NCBI GenBank assembly: GCA_030587475.2
Contig: JAUQYZ020000146.1
Coordinates: 1 to 46,275 of the forward strand
Length of the DNA stretch: 46,275 nucleotides
From: Candidatus Sigynarchaeum calidifontis
GTDB taxonomy: Archaea > Asgardarchaeota > Lokiarchaeia > Sigyniarchaeales > Sigyniarchaeaceae
Reading direction: 5' to 3'
Shown: one piece after another, positions 19,415 to 27,688 of the stretch
Numbering within the stretch: position 1 is the stretch's first letter
Layout: each line of letters opens with the position of its first letter
The notes under the pieces: model-generated
What the model was told of the DNA's origin: nothing
The model's database searches: none
What the model saw: only the letters and a program-made list of their open reading frames with translations
Position numbers and translations under genes: made by a program

Positions 19415-20092
19415 ATGCTATTCGGTTTCTTCAAGAAAAAGGACAAGAAGGAAATGAAAGAAGCCCCGAAATTCAGATGTTCTAAATGCGGGGCAGAAAA
19501 CCCGGCAGAAGCGAAATTTTGCTTGAGTTGCGGGGCCGATATGGCGGGCCAGCGAGCTGCGATGAGCAAAACAGCCGAGGCGGATCGAATCACCGATGAT
19601 TTCAAGGATAAAGGTGGTTTCTGGCAAAAAATCATCCCCGGCTATCATGGTTACAAGCAGAAGGAGCTCAGGCGGGAATCGGACAAGCTCGTTCGTGATC
19701 AACTCGTCAAGATGCTTCAAGGTGCGAAGAAGGACATAACGGCCATCCAAGAGGAGGCCGTGTCGTCCGCGCCCGACCTGGTCCCGAAACTCGAGGACAT
19801 GCTGACCGAGTTCGACACGTTCCTCAAGAAAATACAATACGCCGATTACGGCATGGGCGGGCTGTTCGACTCGGAAAAGATCAAGGAACCCGAGCTGGAG
19901 AAGCTCATCGCGTTCGACAAGAGCATGATCGAGACCGTCATGAGCCTCCAGGCGGGCATCAAGGAGCTTGGCGGGGGCTTGACCGAGGACGGGGCAGATA
20001 AGATCAAGCAGCTGCGATCGTTCATCAAGGACGCGATCAAGTACTACGCGCAGCGGGACGAGTACATCCGCGGCTGGAAGCCCACCACCTGA
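19415..20092 (+). CDS. Double-Zn-ribbon plus helical-bundle protein of unknown function, SPFH-associated
   Basis: MLFGFFKKK N-terminus, CSKCGAENPAEAKFCLSCGA, then a helical domain IPGYHGYKQKELRRESDKLVR...ADYGMGGLFD...LEKLIAFDKSM. Confidence 0.8.
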   Translation: MLFGFFKKKDKKEMKEAPKFRCSKCGAENPAEAKFCLSCGADMAGQRAAMSKTAEADRITDDFKDKGGFWQKIIPGYHGYKQKELRRESDKLVRDQLVKMLQGAKKDITAIQEEAVSSAPDLVPKLEDMLTEFDTFLKKIQYADYGMGGLFDSEKIKEPELEKLIAFDKSMIETVMSLQAGIKELGGGLTEDGADKIKQLRSFIKDAIKYYAQRDEYIRGWKPTT

Positions 20093-20131
20093 CACGAGGA
20101 GTTCGCTAGAGCTTAGAGAGTAAATGAATAG

Positions 20132-21133
20132 GTGAAAGACATGTTCGGAAGAGAAGTCGTTGAATGGAAGAATCCAAAGAAAGAAGACATCATGTACAAG
20201 TACCCCGACGAGAGGCTATCCTGGGGTGCCACGATCATCGTCAAGGAGAACCAGTGGGCGGTGTTCTTCAGGGATGGGAAGGCCTATGACGTGTTTTCGG
20301 CTGGGCGCCACGTGATCAGCACCGCCGACGTGCCGCTGCTCGGCAAGATCATCAAGAGCGTCACGGGAAACGTGTTCCAGGCCAACGTGATCTTCGTCAG
20401 CAAGGCGCAGTTCGACGGGAAGTTCGGTGGCCAGGGCCAGACGCAGGAACTCGCCCCGCTCAAGTTCAACGGGCAGTACTGGTTCAAGGTCCAGGATCCC
20501 CAGATCTTCGTCAACGAGATTTGCGGCAACCAGTCGGTCTTCACGAGCGACGCGGTGAACGAATACCTGCGCGGCTACTTCAACGAGCACTTGATCGACA
20601 CGCTCAGTGGCTACACGCTGCGGGCAGTCTACGGCAAGCTCGACGAGACCTCGCTCAGCTGCAAGGTCAAGCTACGAAAGGACTTCGAACGCATCGGGCT
20701 CGAGCTCGTCGACTTGAAGTTCATGAAGATCGACACGGACGAGAAATACCGCGAGCGGTTGTTCTTCATGCAAACCGGCGGCGTCGGCGCGGCTGGCGTG
20801 CTGGAAGCCGAGACCCGCAAGGGCATGGCCGAATCCCTCGGCAAGTCGCCCGGCGCGGCCATGGGCGCGGGCATGATGATGATGGGCCCCGGCGGCATGG
20901 CCCAGCCCGGCTTCGTGGGATCAGCAGGCGGAGGGGTCGCCATGCGCTCTTGCCAGAAGTGCGGCGCTCAATCGCCCGCGACGAGCAAGTTCTGCAACAA
21001 TTGTGGAGCACCCTTCCCCAGCGAGGCCCCTGCCGAGGGCGGTGGAGCCGCTGCTCCAAAATTCTGCCCGGAATGTGGCTCCAAGACAGGGGGGGCAAAA
21101 TTCTGCCCAGAATGCGGGAAAAAACTCGTGTAA
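20132..21133 (+). CDS. SPFH/band-7 domain protein (YdjI-like) with C-terminal Zn ribbons
   Basis: IIVKENQWAVFFRDGK..F.AGRH, FNGQYWFKVQDPQIF, FERIGLELVDL, a Gly/Met-rich GAAMGAGMMMMG segment, then CQKC..CNNC and CPEC..CPEC. Confidence 0.9.
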   Translation: MKDMFGREVVEWKNPKKEDIMYKYPDERLSWGATIIVKENQWAVFFRDGKAYDVFSAGRHVISTADVPLLGKIIKSVTGNVFQANVIFVSKAQFDGKFGGQGQTQELAPLKFNGQYWFKVQDPQIFVNEICGNQSVFTSDAVNEYLRGYFNEHLIDTLSGYTLRAVYGKLDETSLSCKVKLRKDFERIGLELVDLKFMKIDTDEKYRERLFFMQTGGVGAAGVLEAETRKGMAESLGKSPGAAMGAGMMMMGPGGMAQPGFVGSAGGGVAMRSCQKCGAQSPATSKFCNNCGAPFPSEAPAEGGGAAAPKFCPECGSKTGGAKFCPECGKKLV

Positions 21134-21153
21134 GCCAGGTTCTATCAGCACCT

Positions 21154-21180
21154 ATTTCTTTTTCTTGTTTTCCTTGTTCT
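21154..21180 (+). terminator. Oligo-T archaeal terminator after the SPFH gene
   Basis: ATTTCTTTTTCTTGTTTTCCTTGTTCT starts 21 nt after the TAA. Confidence 0.5.
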
Positions 21181-21377
21181 GAAAGCGACTGGCAAGTTTT
21201 CTCCAAGGATCCGGGTCAAAAATATAATGAAATGAAACGTGTCATTACTTCGATAGATTTTTACATTAGGGCCGACTTCAATATCGATGGAAACCGACAA
21301 GTTATAGTAAATCTCGACGTGTTACTTTGAAGGGGAGACTGATTCTTCACCGAAATCCCGATCTTGATGAAAAATTA

Positions 21378-22190
21378 TCAAATATCAATACCGTGGTCTT
21401 TCAGAAGCCGCTCGAGCTTTTCAGCACGAGCCTTCTCCTGGTCAGCACGAGCCTTCTCCTGGTCAGCACGAGCCTTCTCCTGGTCAGCGCGGGCCATTTC
21501 TTTCTCGAGACGCGTCGGTAGTCGACTTGCCGAATCTTTTCTTACGAGGATCAGCCGGTATCGAGGCTGGGTCTTCTCGTGCTTGCCCTCCAGCTGCTCG
21601 ATCCCGAACCGAAACGGGATGGACGCTCCCACGTCGATGAGTTCTGCCACGATGATCCGCCCGGTCTCGTCCACGCACGAGTTCCGTCGCTCTTCTATCT
21701 TGTATGATCCATCATCTTGCAATTGGTAAACCCTCACGAACGGGGGACGGTAAAATTTCGTCGCTACATCAAACGGGGCAAATACCACGTAGACCGGGAC
21801 GCGAAGCAGTCGACAGATGTCGAGGTTCTCGCTTAGATCTGCCCTCCACGTGCTTTTAGACATGATGTTGACCACGAGCGCCGGGATCCGGTTTTGATGG
21901 TCGATTGCGCGGTAAGAAGACAATGTATACGAGATCGAGAAATCGAGGAAAAACGAGATGTCGAATTGGACGTCGATCTCATCATCATCATGTTGAAAAT
22001 AATGGTGCAGATCGAGCAAAGCGTGATGTTGGGGAAAATTTGTCGTGAGAACATCGTGCAAATAGGCGACCTCGAGGGAATGCGGCTCGCTTTCACGCCT
22101 GCCTATCCGTGGGTGGGCTTGATCGAACATGTCCGGTTCCATGGAATTGATACGCGTGGATTTGAACGGGGCGGTGCCGTCTTGGGTCAT
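21378..22190 (-). CDS. Uma2 (DUF820)-like PD-(D/E)xK fold protein with a C-terminal EKARADQ coiled-coil repeat
   Basis: ESEPH...L...DLHHYF...QFDI...PALVVNIMSKSTWRADL...LRVPVYVVFAP follows the Uma2 pattern. The tail reads RLPTRLEKEMARADQEKARADQEKARADQEKARAEKLERLLKDHGI. Confidence 0.75.
   Translation of the reverse strand: MTQDGTAPFKSTRINSMEPDMFDQAHPRIGRRESEPHSLEVAYLHDVLTTNFPQHHALLDLHHYFQHDDDEIDVQFDISFFLDFSISYTLSSYRAIDHQNRIPALVVNIMSKSTWRADLSENLDICRLLRVPVYVVFAPFDVATKFYRPPFVRVYQLQDDGSYKIEERRNSCVDETGRIIVAELIDVGASIPFRFGIEQLEGKHEKTQPRYRLILVRKDSASRLPTRLEKEMARADQEKARADQEKARADQEKARAEKLERLLKDHGIDI
21421..21488. repeat. Perfect 21-bp coding tandem repeat, 3 copies plus a partial copy
   Basis: TCAGCACGAGCCTTCTCCTGG at 21421, 21442 and 21463, then TCAGC. 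Encodes heptad EKARADQ-type repeats on the minus strand. Confidence 0.95.
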
Positions 22191-22655
22191 TGCTGGTTGC
22201 CTCCGAAATCGAGATCGCTGTTTTCACACATCCAATACCAATCGACCTATTAATAGGCCGATGGTGAATCATTCAAAATCGAGCAACGGCTCAATTGCCA
22301 CCAAGCACCATCAACACGATCGACGCTATTCATTCAGGTCCAGAAGCTCATATCAGGACCAGACGGCACCAGTACGGATACTTGCCATGAAATAGCGGAC
22401 GCACGCGTTCATCTAAGGAGTGCATTGCGTGGAGGAAACAAGATCAAGATTATATTCTTCCCCTAGATGCATATCACGAAGCATGCTTGCCGCGGCATGC
22501 GGTTTTGCCAATCAATCTTGCGGAACCGCTGCCAGAAGGGGCAAGTGAACTTATAAATTCTCGCACGCGCTGATGATATTTGGGTTCGCCGGTGCGAGAA
22601 GGGTTCGTAACTTGTCTCGCAAGAAGAACGTGAATGCACGGTAGAACACGACGAG

Positions 22656-23228
22656 GTGATCTCGATGACCGCCCCGATGCTGTGGGACAAGACATACAAG
22701 TTCATATGGGGAGGAGAAGGCGGTGTCGGCAAGACCACGCTGCTCCAGCGGTTCATGTACGACGAGTTCAACCCCGCCACGCCGCTCACGGTCGGCGTCG
22801 CCTTTAACACGTGTGCTGTCGAGCGCCAGGGACGCAATATCGGGCTCGCCCTCTGGGATCTCGGCGGGCAAGAGCGATTCAGGTTCATCCAGAGCATATA
22901 CATGGAAAAATCGAACGCTGCTTTCGTCGTGTTCGACATGTCGAACCTGGGCACCCTGGGCCAGGTTCCCGACTGGACCAAGATGATCCGGCAATACAAC
23001 GACCCCAACATCCCCATCGTGCTCGTGGGCACGAAGATGGATCTCGTGCCGAACGAGGACCTGGAGAACATCCACGCCATCGCGAACCAGACCGTCGCCG
23101 ATAACGGCATGTATTGCTACGCGCCGACGTCCGCGAAGCTCAGGCTCAACGTGGACGAGATCATCTACTACATGATCGACTTGATCTTGTACCAGGAATA
23201 TTACAACGCGCCTCAAGCGCAAGTTTGA
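22656..23228 (+). CDS. Rab-like small GTPase (Ras superfamily)
   Basis: G1 GEGGVGKT, G2/RabF1-like LTVGVAF, G3 LWDLGGQERFRFI, VVFDMS, G4 variant GTKMD, G5 TSAK. No C-terminal Cys motif. Confidence 0.93.
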   Translation: MISMTAPMLWDKTYKFIWGGEGGVGKTTLLQRFMYDEFNPATPLTVGVAFNTCAVERQGRNIGLALWDLGGQERFRFIQSIYMEKSNAAFVVFDMSNLGTLGQVPDWTKMIRQYNDPNIPIVLVGTKMDLVPNEDLENIHAIANQTVADNGMYCYAPTSAKLRLNVDEIIYYMIDLILYQEYYNAPQAQV

Positions 23229-23400
23229 CCACGACGCTCGACCGGTTCACTTGCACTGGCAGCCGGATTTCTACCCGCCTTGCCATGCCAGAACGCTGTC
23301 CGAAGGTTCTGGTTTTGCTCGGAAGCACTTATGTTAACTTTAATACCACATGGCCATATGTGTTATCCGTATGGTGCTTTGAACCTATACAGTGATTCAC

Positions 23401-24504
23401 ATGGCTGCTGAAGGAGAACAGAGCTTGGTTCGCAAGTGCCCGACTTGCGGGGCGACCATCACCGTTTCGCCAGAGGATCTGGTGATCACGTGCAAGTTTT
23501 GCGGCGAAACGATGGAGGCAGGGGGGAACAAGATCCCTGACCACAAGATGCTTCCCTCGCAAGAACGCTCGGCGATCCATGCCAACATACAAGATTTCTT
23601 GAAAAAGAACAAGATAAAGCAAGGTGCCTCAATCGAGGAGGTCAAGGCCTCGTACATTCCATGGTGGATCGTGCCGTTCACGTCCCAGACCCATTACTAC
23701 GGGGTCCTGAACAGCACGGTGACCCGCCAGAAGACCGAGACTTACAGGGACGCCGAGGGCAAGACCCGGACGAGAACCGTGAGTTATTCGGTGCCCGTGT
23801 ACAAGCCCGAGGAAGGCGATTTCTCGCGCAGCGGCAGGGAAAACGTGATCGCCCGCAAGCACACGGTCTTCTACGGTTTCGACAAGTTCGCGTCAACAAT
23901 TTTTTTAGACAACATCGAACCCTTCGACTTCCAGAAGGTCAAGAGGCACGATGCCGAGTTCATCAACGCCGAGGTGAACGCGCGCGAGGCCCAGCAAGAA
24001 GCCTACGGCCGGGTGGAGAACGAGAACCGCTCCATCGCCGCGAGCAAGGTAAGCAAGCTCGTGCGTTGCGATTCGAAAGTCACGCTGCAATACCCGACCT
24101 ACGTGCACGCGCCGCTCTGGACGGCTCGCTACAAGTTCCAGGGCAAGATCTACAAGGTGAGCGTGGCGGGCGACAGTGGAAAGGTCGTCAAGGGGGAGGT
24201 CCCGCTCACGCTCGGTAGGCGTCTCACGAACTTGATCATCGGGCTCGTCATCATGGTCGTGGGCGGCATCGTGGCGCAGATCGGCTACCAAAATGCGCTG
24301 ATTCCGGACAACGAGATGTGGATCGTTGTAATGGTTTTTGGTTTGGTCGCGATGGTGATCAGCTTTATATTCACTTCGACCGCCTTCCGCATGCAGCTGG
24401 AGAAGTCGGACAAGATCAGCAAACCACCGAAGAAGAAGGCAGCGCCCGCCGCGGCGCAAGCCGCGACACAGGCACCGGCACCGGCGCCGCAACCGGAGGC
24501 ATGA
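23401..24504 (+). CDS. YdjG-like Zn-ribbon protein with 2 C-terminal TM helices (paralogue 1)
   Basis: CPTCGA..CKFCG, YIPWW, APLWTARYKFQGKIYKVSVAGDSGKVVKGEVP, then two hydrophobic helices. GTG 23392 is an alternative start. Confidence 0.8.
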   Translation: MAAEGEQSLVRKCPTCGATITVSPEDLVITCKFCGETMEAGGNKIPDHKMLPSQERSAIHANIQDFLKKNKIKQGASIEEVKASYIPWWIVPFTSQTHYYGVLNSTVTRQKTETYRDAEGKTRTRTVSYSVPVYKPEEGDFSRSGRENVIARKHTVFYGFDKFASTIFLDNIEPFDFQKVKRHDAEFINAEVNAREAQQEAYGRVENENRSIAASKVSKLVRCDSKVTLQYPTYVHAPLWTARYKFQGKIYKVSVAGDSGKVVKGEVPLTLGRRLTNLIIGLVIMVVGGIVAQIGYQNALIPDNEMWIVVMVFGLVAMVISFIFTSTAFRMQLEKSDKISKPPKKKAAPAAAQAATQAPAPAPQPEA

Positions 24505-25529
24505 TCGAGATGGTCAAAGTCACATGTCCAAACTGCGCGGCCGATCTCGACGTGGCCACGGATGCCCCGATCCACACGTGCGATTTCTGCGGTACCGCGA
24601 TACAAGTCAGCGCGATATTCGGCGGCGAGGGGGTGGCGGCGGGTGGAGCCAAGGAAAGCTTCATCATCAAGGATCACTTCATCATCCGCTGCCACTACAA
24701 CCAGGACCAGGTCAAGAACTTGCTCGTCGACTGGGTGAAAAAGATCCCGGGCGCGCCGCAAGACTTCGAGGAATCTGCCAACATCAACGAGATCAAGCTG
24801 AAGTTTTACCCGATCTGGGTCGGCGAGTACGCCGTGACGTCGGATTACGTTGGCATCGATGACTGGCCGAACTTCAGCCACCCCGCGCCCGACAGGCCCG
24901 GCTGGTTCGAGCATGTATCATATAGCCCGAGACAAGAGTCCGGCCGCGTCATTCGCGAGTACCAGATCCCGCTCATTGCCCTGCCCGAGCAGCGCATACC
25001 GGTCTACCTGCGCGACTACGCCGTGACGACCACCGGAAAGGAATATTTCGATATCAAGCACGTGAAGATGCTCAGCGGCGAAATAATCGATTCCGCGCTG
25101 AAGATGAATGAAGCCAAGGCGAACATGAACCAGCAAGTCATCGACCGGCAGACCCGCGAGATGCACAAGGAGGTCAAGCAAATCCAGAGCCGCAACGACG
25201 CGATCGAGGAAAAGGGCGTGTATTACATCCATTTTCCCGTGTACCATATAAGCTTCGTATACAACGGGAAGCAGCATGACGCTCTCATCGATGGCTCTTC
25301 CGGCCGCATCATCAACGTCAAGGTTCCCATGAGCACGGAATTCAAGGCAAAGGCCACGGGTGGGGGGCTCGCAGCCATCGGCATCGGTGCAGCGCTGATC
25401 ATCATGGGACTCCTCTTGCCGACACTTATGCTCGTCGCTGGCATCGCGATCGGCGCGTGCACGATCGTCGTCGGTATCTTGATCTTCTCGCTCCTTACGC
25501 GCAAGCAGGTCTCCGAAAAACAACGATGA
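24501..25529 (+). CDS. YdjG-like Zn-ribbon protein with 2 C-terminal TM helices (paralogue 2)
   Basis: The start overlaps the upstream stop (ATGA 24501-24504). CPNCAA..CDFCG, FYPIW, FPVYHISFVYNGKQHDALIDGSSGRIINVKVP, two TM helices. Confidence 0.8.
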   Translation: MIEMVKVTCPNCAADLDVATDAPIHTCDFCGTAIQVSAIFGGEGVAAGGAKESFIIKDHFIIRCHYNQDQVKNLLVDWVKKIPGAPQDFEESANINEIKLKFYPIWVGEYAVTSDYVGIDDWPNFSHPAPDRPGWFEHVSYSPRQESGRVIREYQIPLIALPEQRIPVYLRDYAVTTTGKEYFDIKHVKMLSGEIIDSALKMNEAKANMNQQVIDRQTREMHKEVKQIQSRNDAIEEKGVYYIHFPVYHISFVYNGKQHDALIDGSSGRIINVKVPMSTEFKAKATGGGLAAIGIGAALIIMGLLLPTLMLVAGIAIGACTIVVGILIFSLLTRKQVSEKQR

Positions 25530-25555
25530 TGCAAAGAAACGTTGGAAAAAAAGGA

Positions 25556-27688
25556 CTACTTGAATTTCTTTATTTTTTCCCTGATCTCCTTGATTTTTTC
25601 GGCGATCTTGTCCATCTCGGCCTTGAGATCGGCGAGCTTTTGTTCGTAGGTGGGTTGCTTGATGATGCCCTTGTCGAGGTCGGTCCGGAGATCCTTGCGG
25701 GCGCGCTCGATGGCATATCGCTTGCCCTCCAAGGCGATGAGCGCCTGGTAGAGCCCGTCCTTGGTGTCGGGCAGCGCCTCGATGTCCACGTCGGAACCGA
25801 TCGGCGTTGCGGGCCGTGGCTGCATAGTTGCGGCCTTCCCCGCACCCTGTCCTGGTACGACGGTGGAAGCTTTTGCATCGACCATGCCACCAGGACGGAA
25901 CAGCGAAAGGCTCGACCCCTGCGTGGATGCCTTCCGATCGCCCCGCTTGCTATCAAGACCGCCCATGAACAGGCTCATCGAGTCGACAGGCCCCGGCTCG
26001 ACCGCTTGCCCCGTTTTCTTGATCTCCTGGAGGCGCGATTTCTTCGGCTCCTTGTCCATCACGTCGACCGAGATCTTGCTGCTCGCCTCTTTTTCCCCGT
26101 CGGGTTCGGGGGTTTTGACCGGGCGCTTGAACGTGACAGGCCCCGCCCCTTGGTCATCTTTTACCGCCTTTGTTGGCACGTCCGACACGCTGCTGTCCAT
26201 CGCCTCGTCCAAGATCGACGAGATCTTGTCGTCATCCCACGATTCTGCTGCGTCGAGAGCCTCTATAACGTCTTTCTTCGTCGTCGCTCCAGCCTTGGCG
26301 GGTTTCAAAGGAATTGCAGGTTGCACGTTATCATCTGCGCTCCACGCGTCGATCTCCTCTGGCGACACCTCCATTGGTGTAATGTATTCGTCCTCGACGG
26401 GTGCTGCCTTCGGAATGGCGGCTGGAGCTTTTTGTGCCTTGGCTTTATTCTCGTCCAGACGTTGGGCAACTCTTTCGACGACGTCCTCGACAATCTCGTC
26501 GTTCGGATCCTTGGGGACGGCCTTGCCAATTTGGATTTTTACCGGGATAGGCTTGACGACCCGTGGAGGAGGGGTTTTTGCGAGTACGGGACCCTCGATC
26601 ACGTCCATTTCCGAGAACAAGGCACCTCCCTCCCCTGGAGATTCTGGCGGGGCCTCGGGCGCACTTTTTTCTTGCGTGTTTTCGCCGAGTTCATTATCGA
26701 GATTTATGTTATCGAGATCAGGCACGAGGATCTTGATGGGTTTTGGAATGAGGAGTGGTTTCTCGGTGCTCGAAGGTTTTGGCGAAATTGATTGGATGGG
26801 TTTGGCTGCAAAAGCTGTTTGCTTGGTGCTGATTGCTGGCACCGCGAGTTTGGCTTGCGGTTCCTCCTTTTCGGAAGTCTTCTCTACGACTTGTGAGGGT
26901 GTTTGCACGGCCATGATGGGCTTGATGAGCTTGACCGGTTTCACGCGGATCTCGAGCTTTTTCTCTTCGACGAGGGCCTTGAGTGGCACCGGGGACGAGG
27001 TCTCGTCGATAACGGGTGTTTCGATACTTTTCAGTGCCCCCGTCGGGGATGGTGCCGCTACGGACGCGGCGGGCGTGGCATTCCCTGCAGTGGCCGGCAC
27101 CTTCACGGGAGGGATCTTGAACACGGGCTTGAGCACGGGCACGGTTCTCTCCCTCGGCACCGCTGATGAACCCATATCCGATTCGATGCTCGCCGGCGGT
27201 TTTACATCAGATGGCATGGCGGGTATCGATGGTGGCGCGGGTTTTTGGGGTGATGCCCCGAGGACAATTGGCTTCAACAACGACGTCGCGATCGGCTTGG
27301 CTGGCGGGGCGATGCCGGGCTTTTCTTGTGGCGTGGATGCCGTGGGCTTTTCAACGGGCTTTTGAGCCTTCGGAAGGATCCCCGAGTTCTCGGCGAACGA
27401 CGTGAAATTGGTCATGAAACCCTTGATCTTGGCAACAAGATCCTTCATTTCCTTGAACCAGTACGCGTAAACATCCCATTCGCCTAAAAGCTTTAATATA
27501 TCCTTCACATCAGCCTGAATTCCATTTGGAGCCTTCAGCTTGACGAGAAAGTCAGACATCGCAGTGAAATTGTTCGTGAAGTCCTTTTTTTTCTTGAGTT
27601 CTGCGTCCGTGTCGAGGTCCTTTTCAAGGCACGCTTTTACATCGGTTTCAAGCTGCTTGAAAAGTGCCAGGACCGATTCGCGTTCCAC
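25556..27688 (-). CDS. 710-aa protein: helical N-domain, long Pro/Lys/Ala-rich disordered linker, C-terminal steadiness-box (Vps23 core)-like helical hairpin
   Basis: Low-complexity centre. C-terminus DVDIEALPDTKDGLYQALIALEGKRYAIERARKDLRTDLDKGIIKQPTYEQKLADL. The CDS is solid, while the domain call rests on my manual alignment. Confidence 0.75.
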   Translation of the reverse strand: MERESVLALFKQLETDVKACLEKDLDTDAELKKKKDFTNNFTAMSDFLVKLKAPNGIQADVKDILKLLGEWDVYAYWFKEMKDLVAKIKGFMTNFTSFAENSGILPKAQKPVEKPTASTPQEKPGIAPPAKPIATSLLKPIVLGASPQKPAPPSIPAMPSDVKPPASIESDMGSSAVPRERTVPVLKPVFKIPPVKVPATAGNATPAASVAAPSPTGALKSIETPVIDETSSPVPLKALVEEKKLEIRVKPVKLIKPIMAVQTPSQVVEKTSEKEEPQAKLAVPAISTKQTAFAAKPIQSISPKPSSTEKPLLIPKPIKILVPDLDNINLDNELGENTQEKSAPEAPPESPGEGGALFSEMDVIEGPVLAKTPPPRVVKPIPVKIQIGKAVPKDPNDEIVEDVVERVAQRLDENKAKAQKAPAAIPKAAPVEDEYITPMEVSPEEIDAWSADDNVQPAIPLKPAKAGATTKKDVIEALDAAESWDDDKISSILDEAMDSSVSDVPTKAVKDDQGAGPVTFKRPVKTPEPDGEKEASSKISVDVMDKEPKKSRLQEIKKTGQAVEPGPVDSMSLFMGGLDSKRGDRKASTQGSSLSLFRPGGMVDAKASTVVPGQGAGKAATMQPRPATPIGSDVDIEALPDTKDGLYQALIALEGKRYAIERARKDLRTDLDKGIIKQPTYEQKLADLKAEMDKIAEKIKEIREKIKKFK

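Noticed and set aside
21421-21488. Short direct repeats as a possible CRISPR array
   Set aside because: The units are contiguous with no spacers and encode an in-frame heptad repeat. No cas genes are present.
22200-22470. Open frames in the gap between the Uma2-like gene and the GTPase
   Set aside because: No credible start or recognisable motif. It could be a gene remnant, but this is unsupported.
21134-22650. Insertion sequence around the Uma2-like gene
   Set aside because: No transposase. Only a weak ~10-bp imperfect inverted match (TCTTGTTTTCC / GGAAACAAGA) and no target-site duplication.
24318-24500. N-terminal extension of ORF 24318-25529
   Set aside because: It overlaps the upstream paralogue by ~190 nt. 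The ATGA-coupled start at 24501 places the Zn ribbon at the N-terminus as in the paralogue.
25457-27365. 444-aa and 534-aa plus-strand ORFs
   Set aside because: Antisense shadows of the low-complexity 710-aa gene in GC-rich DNA.
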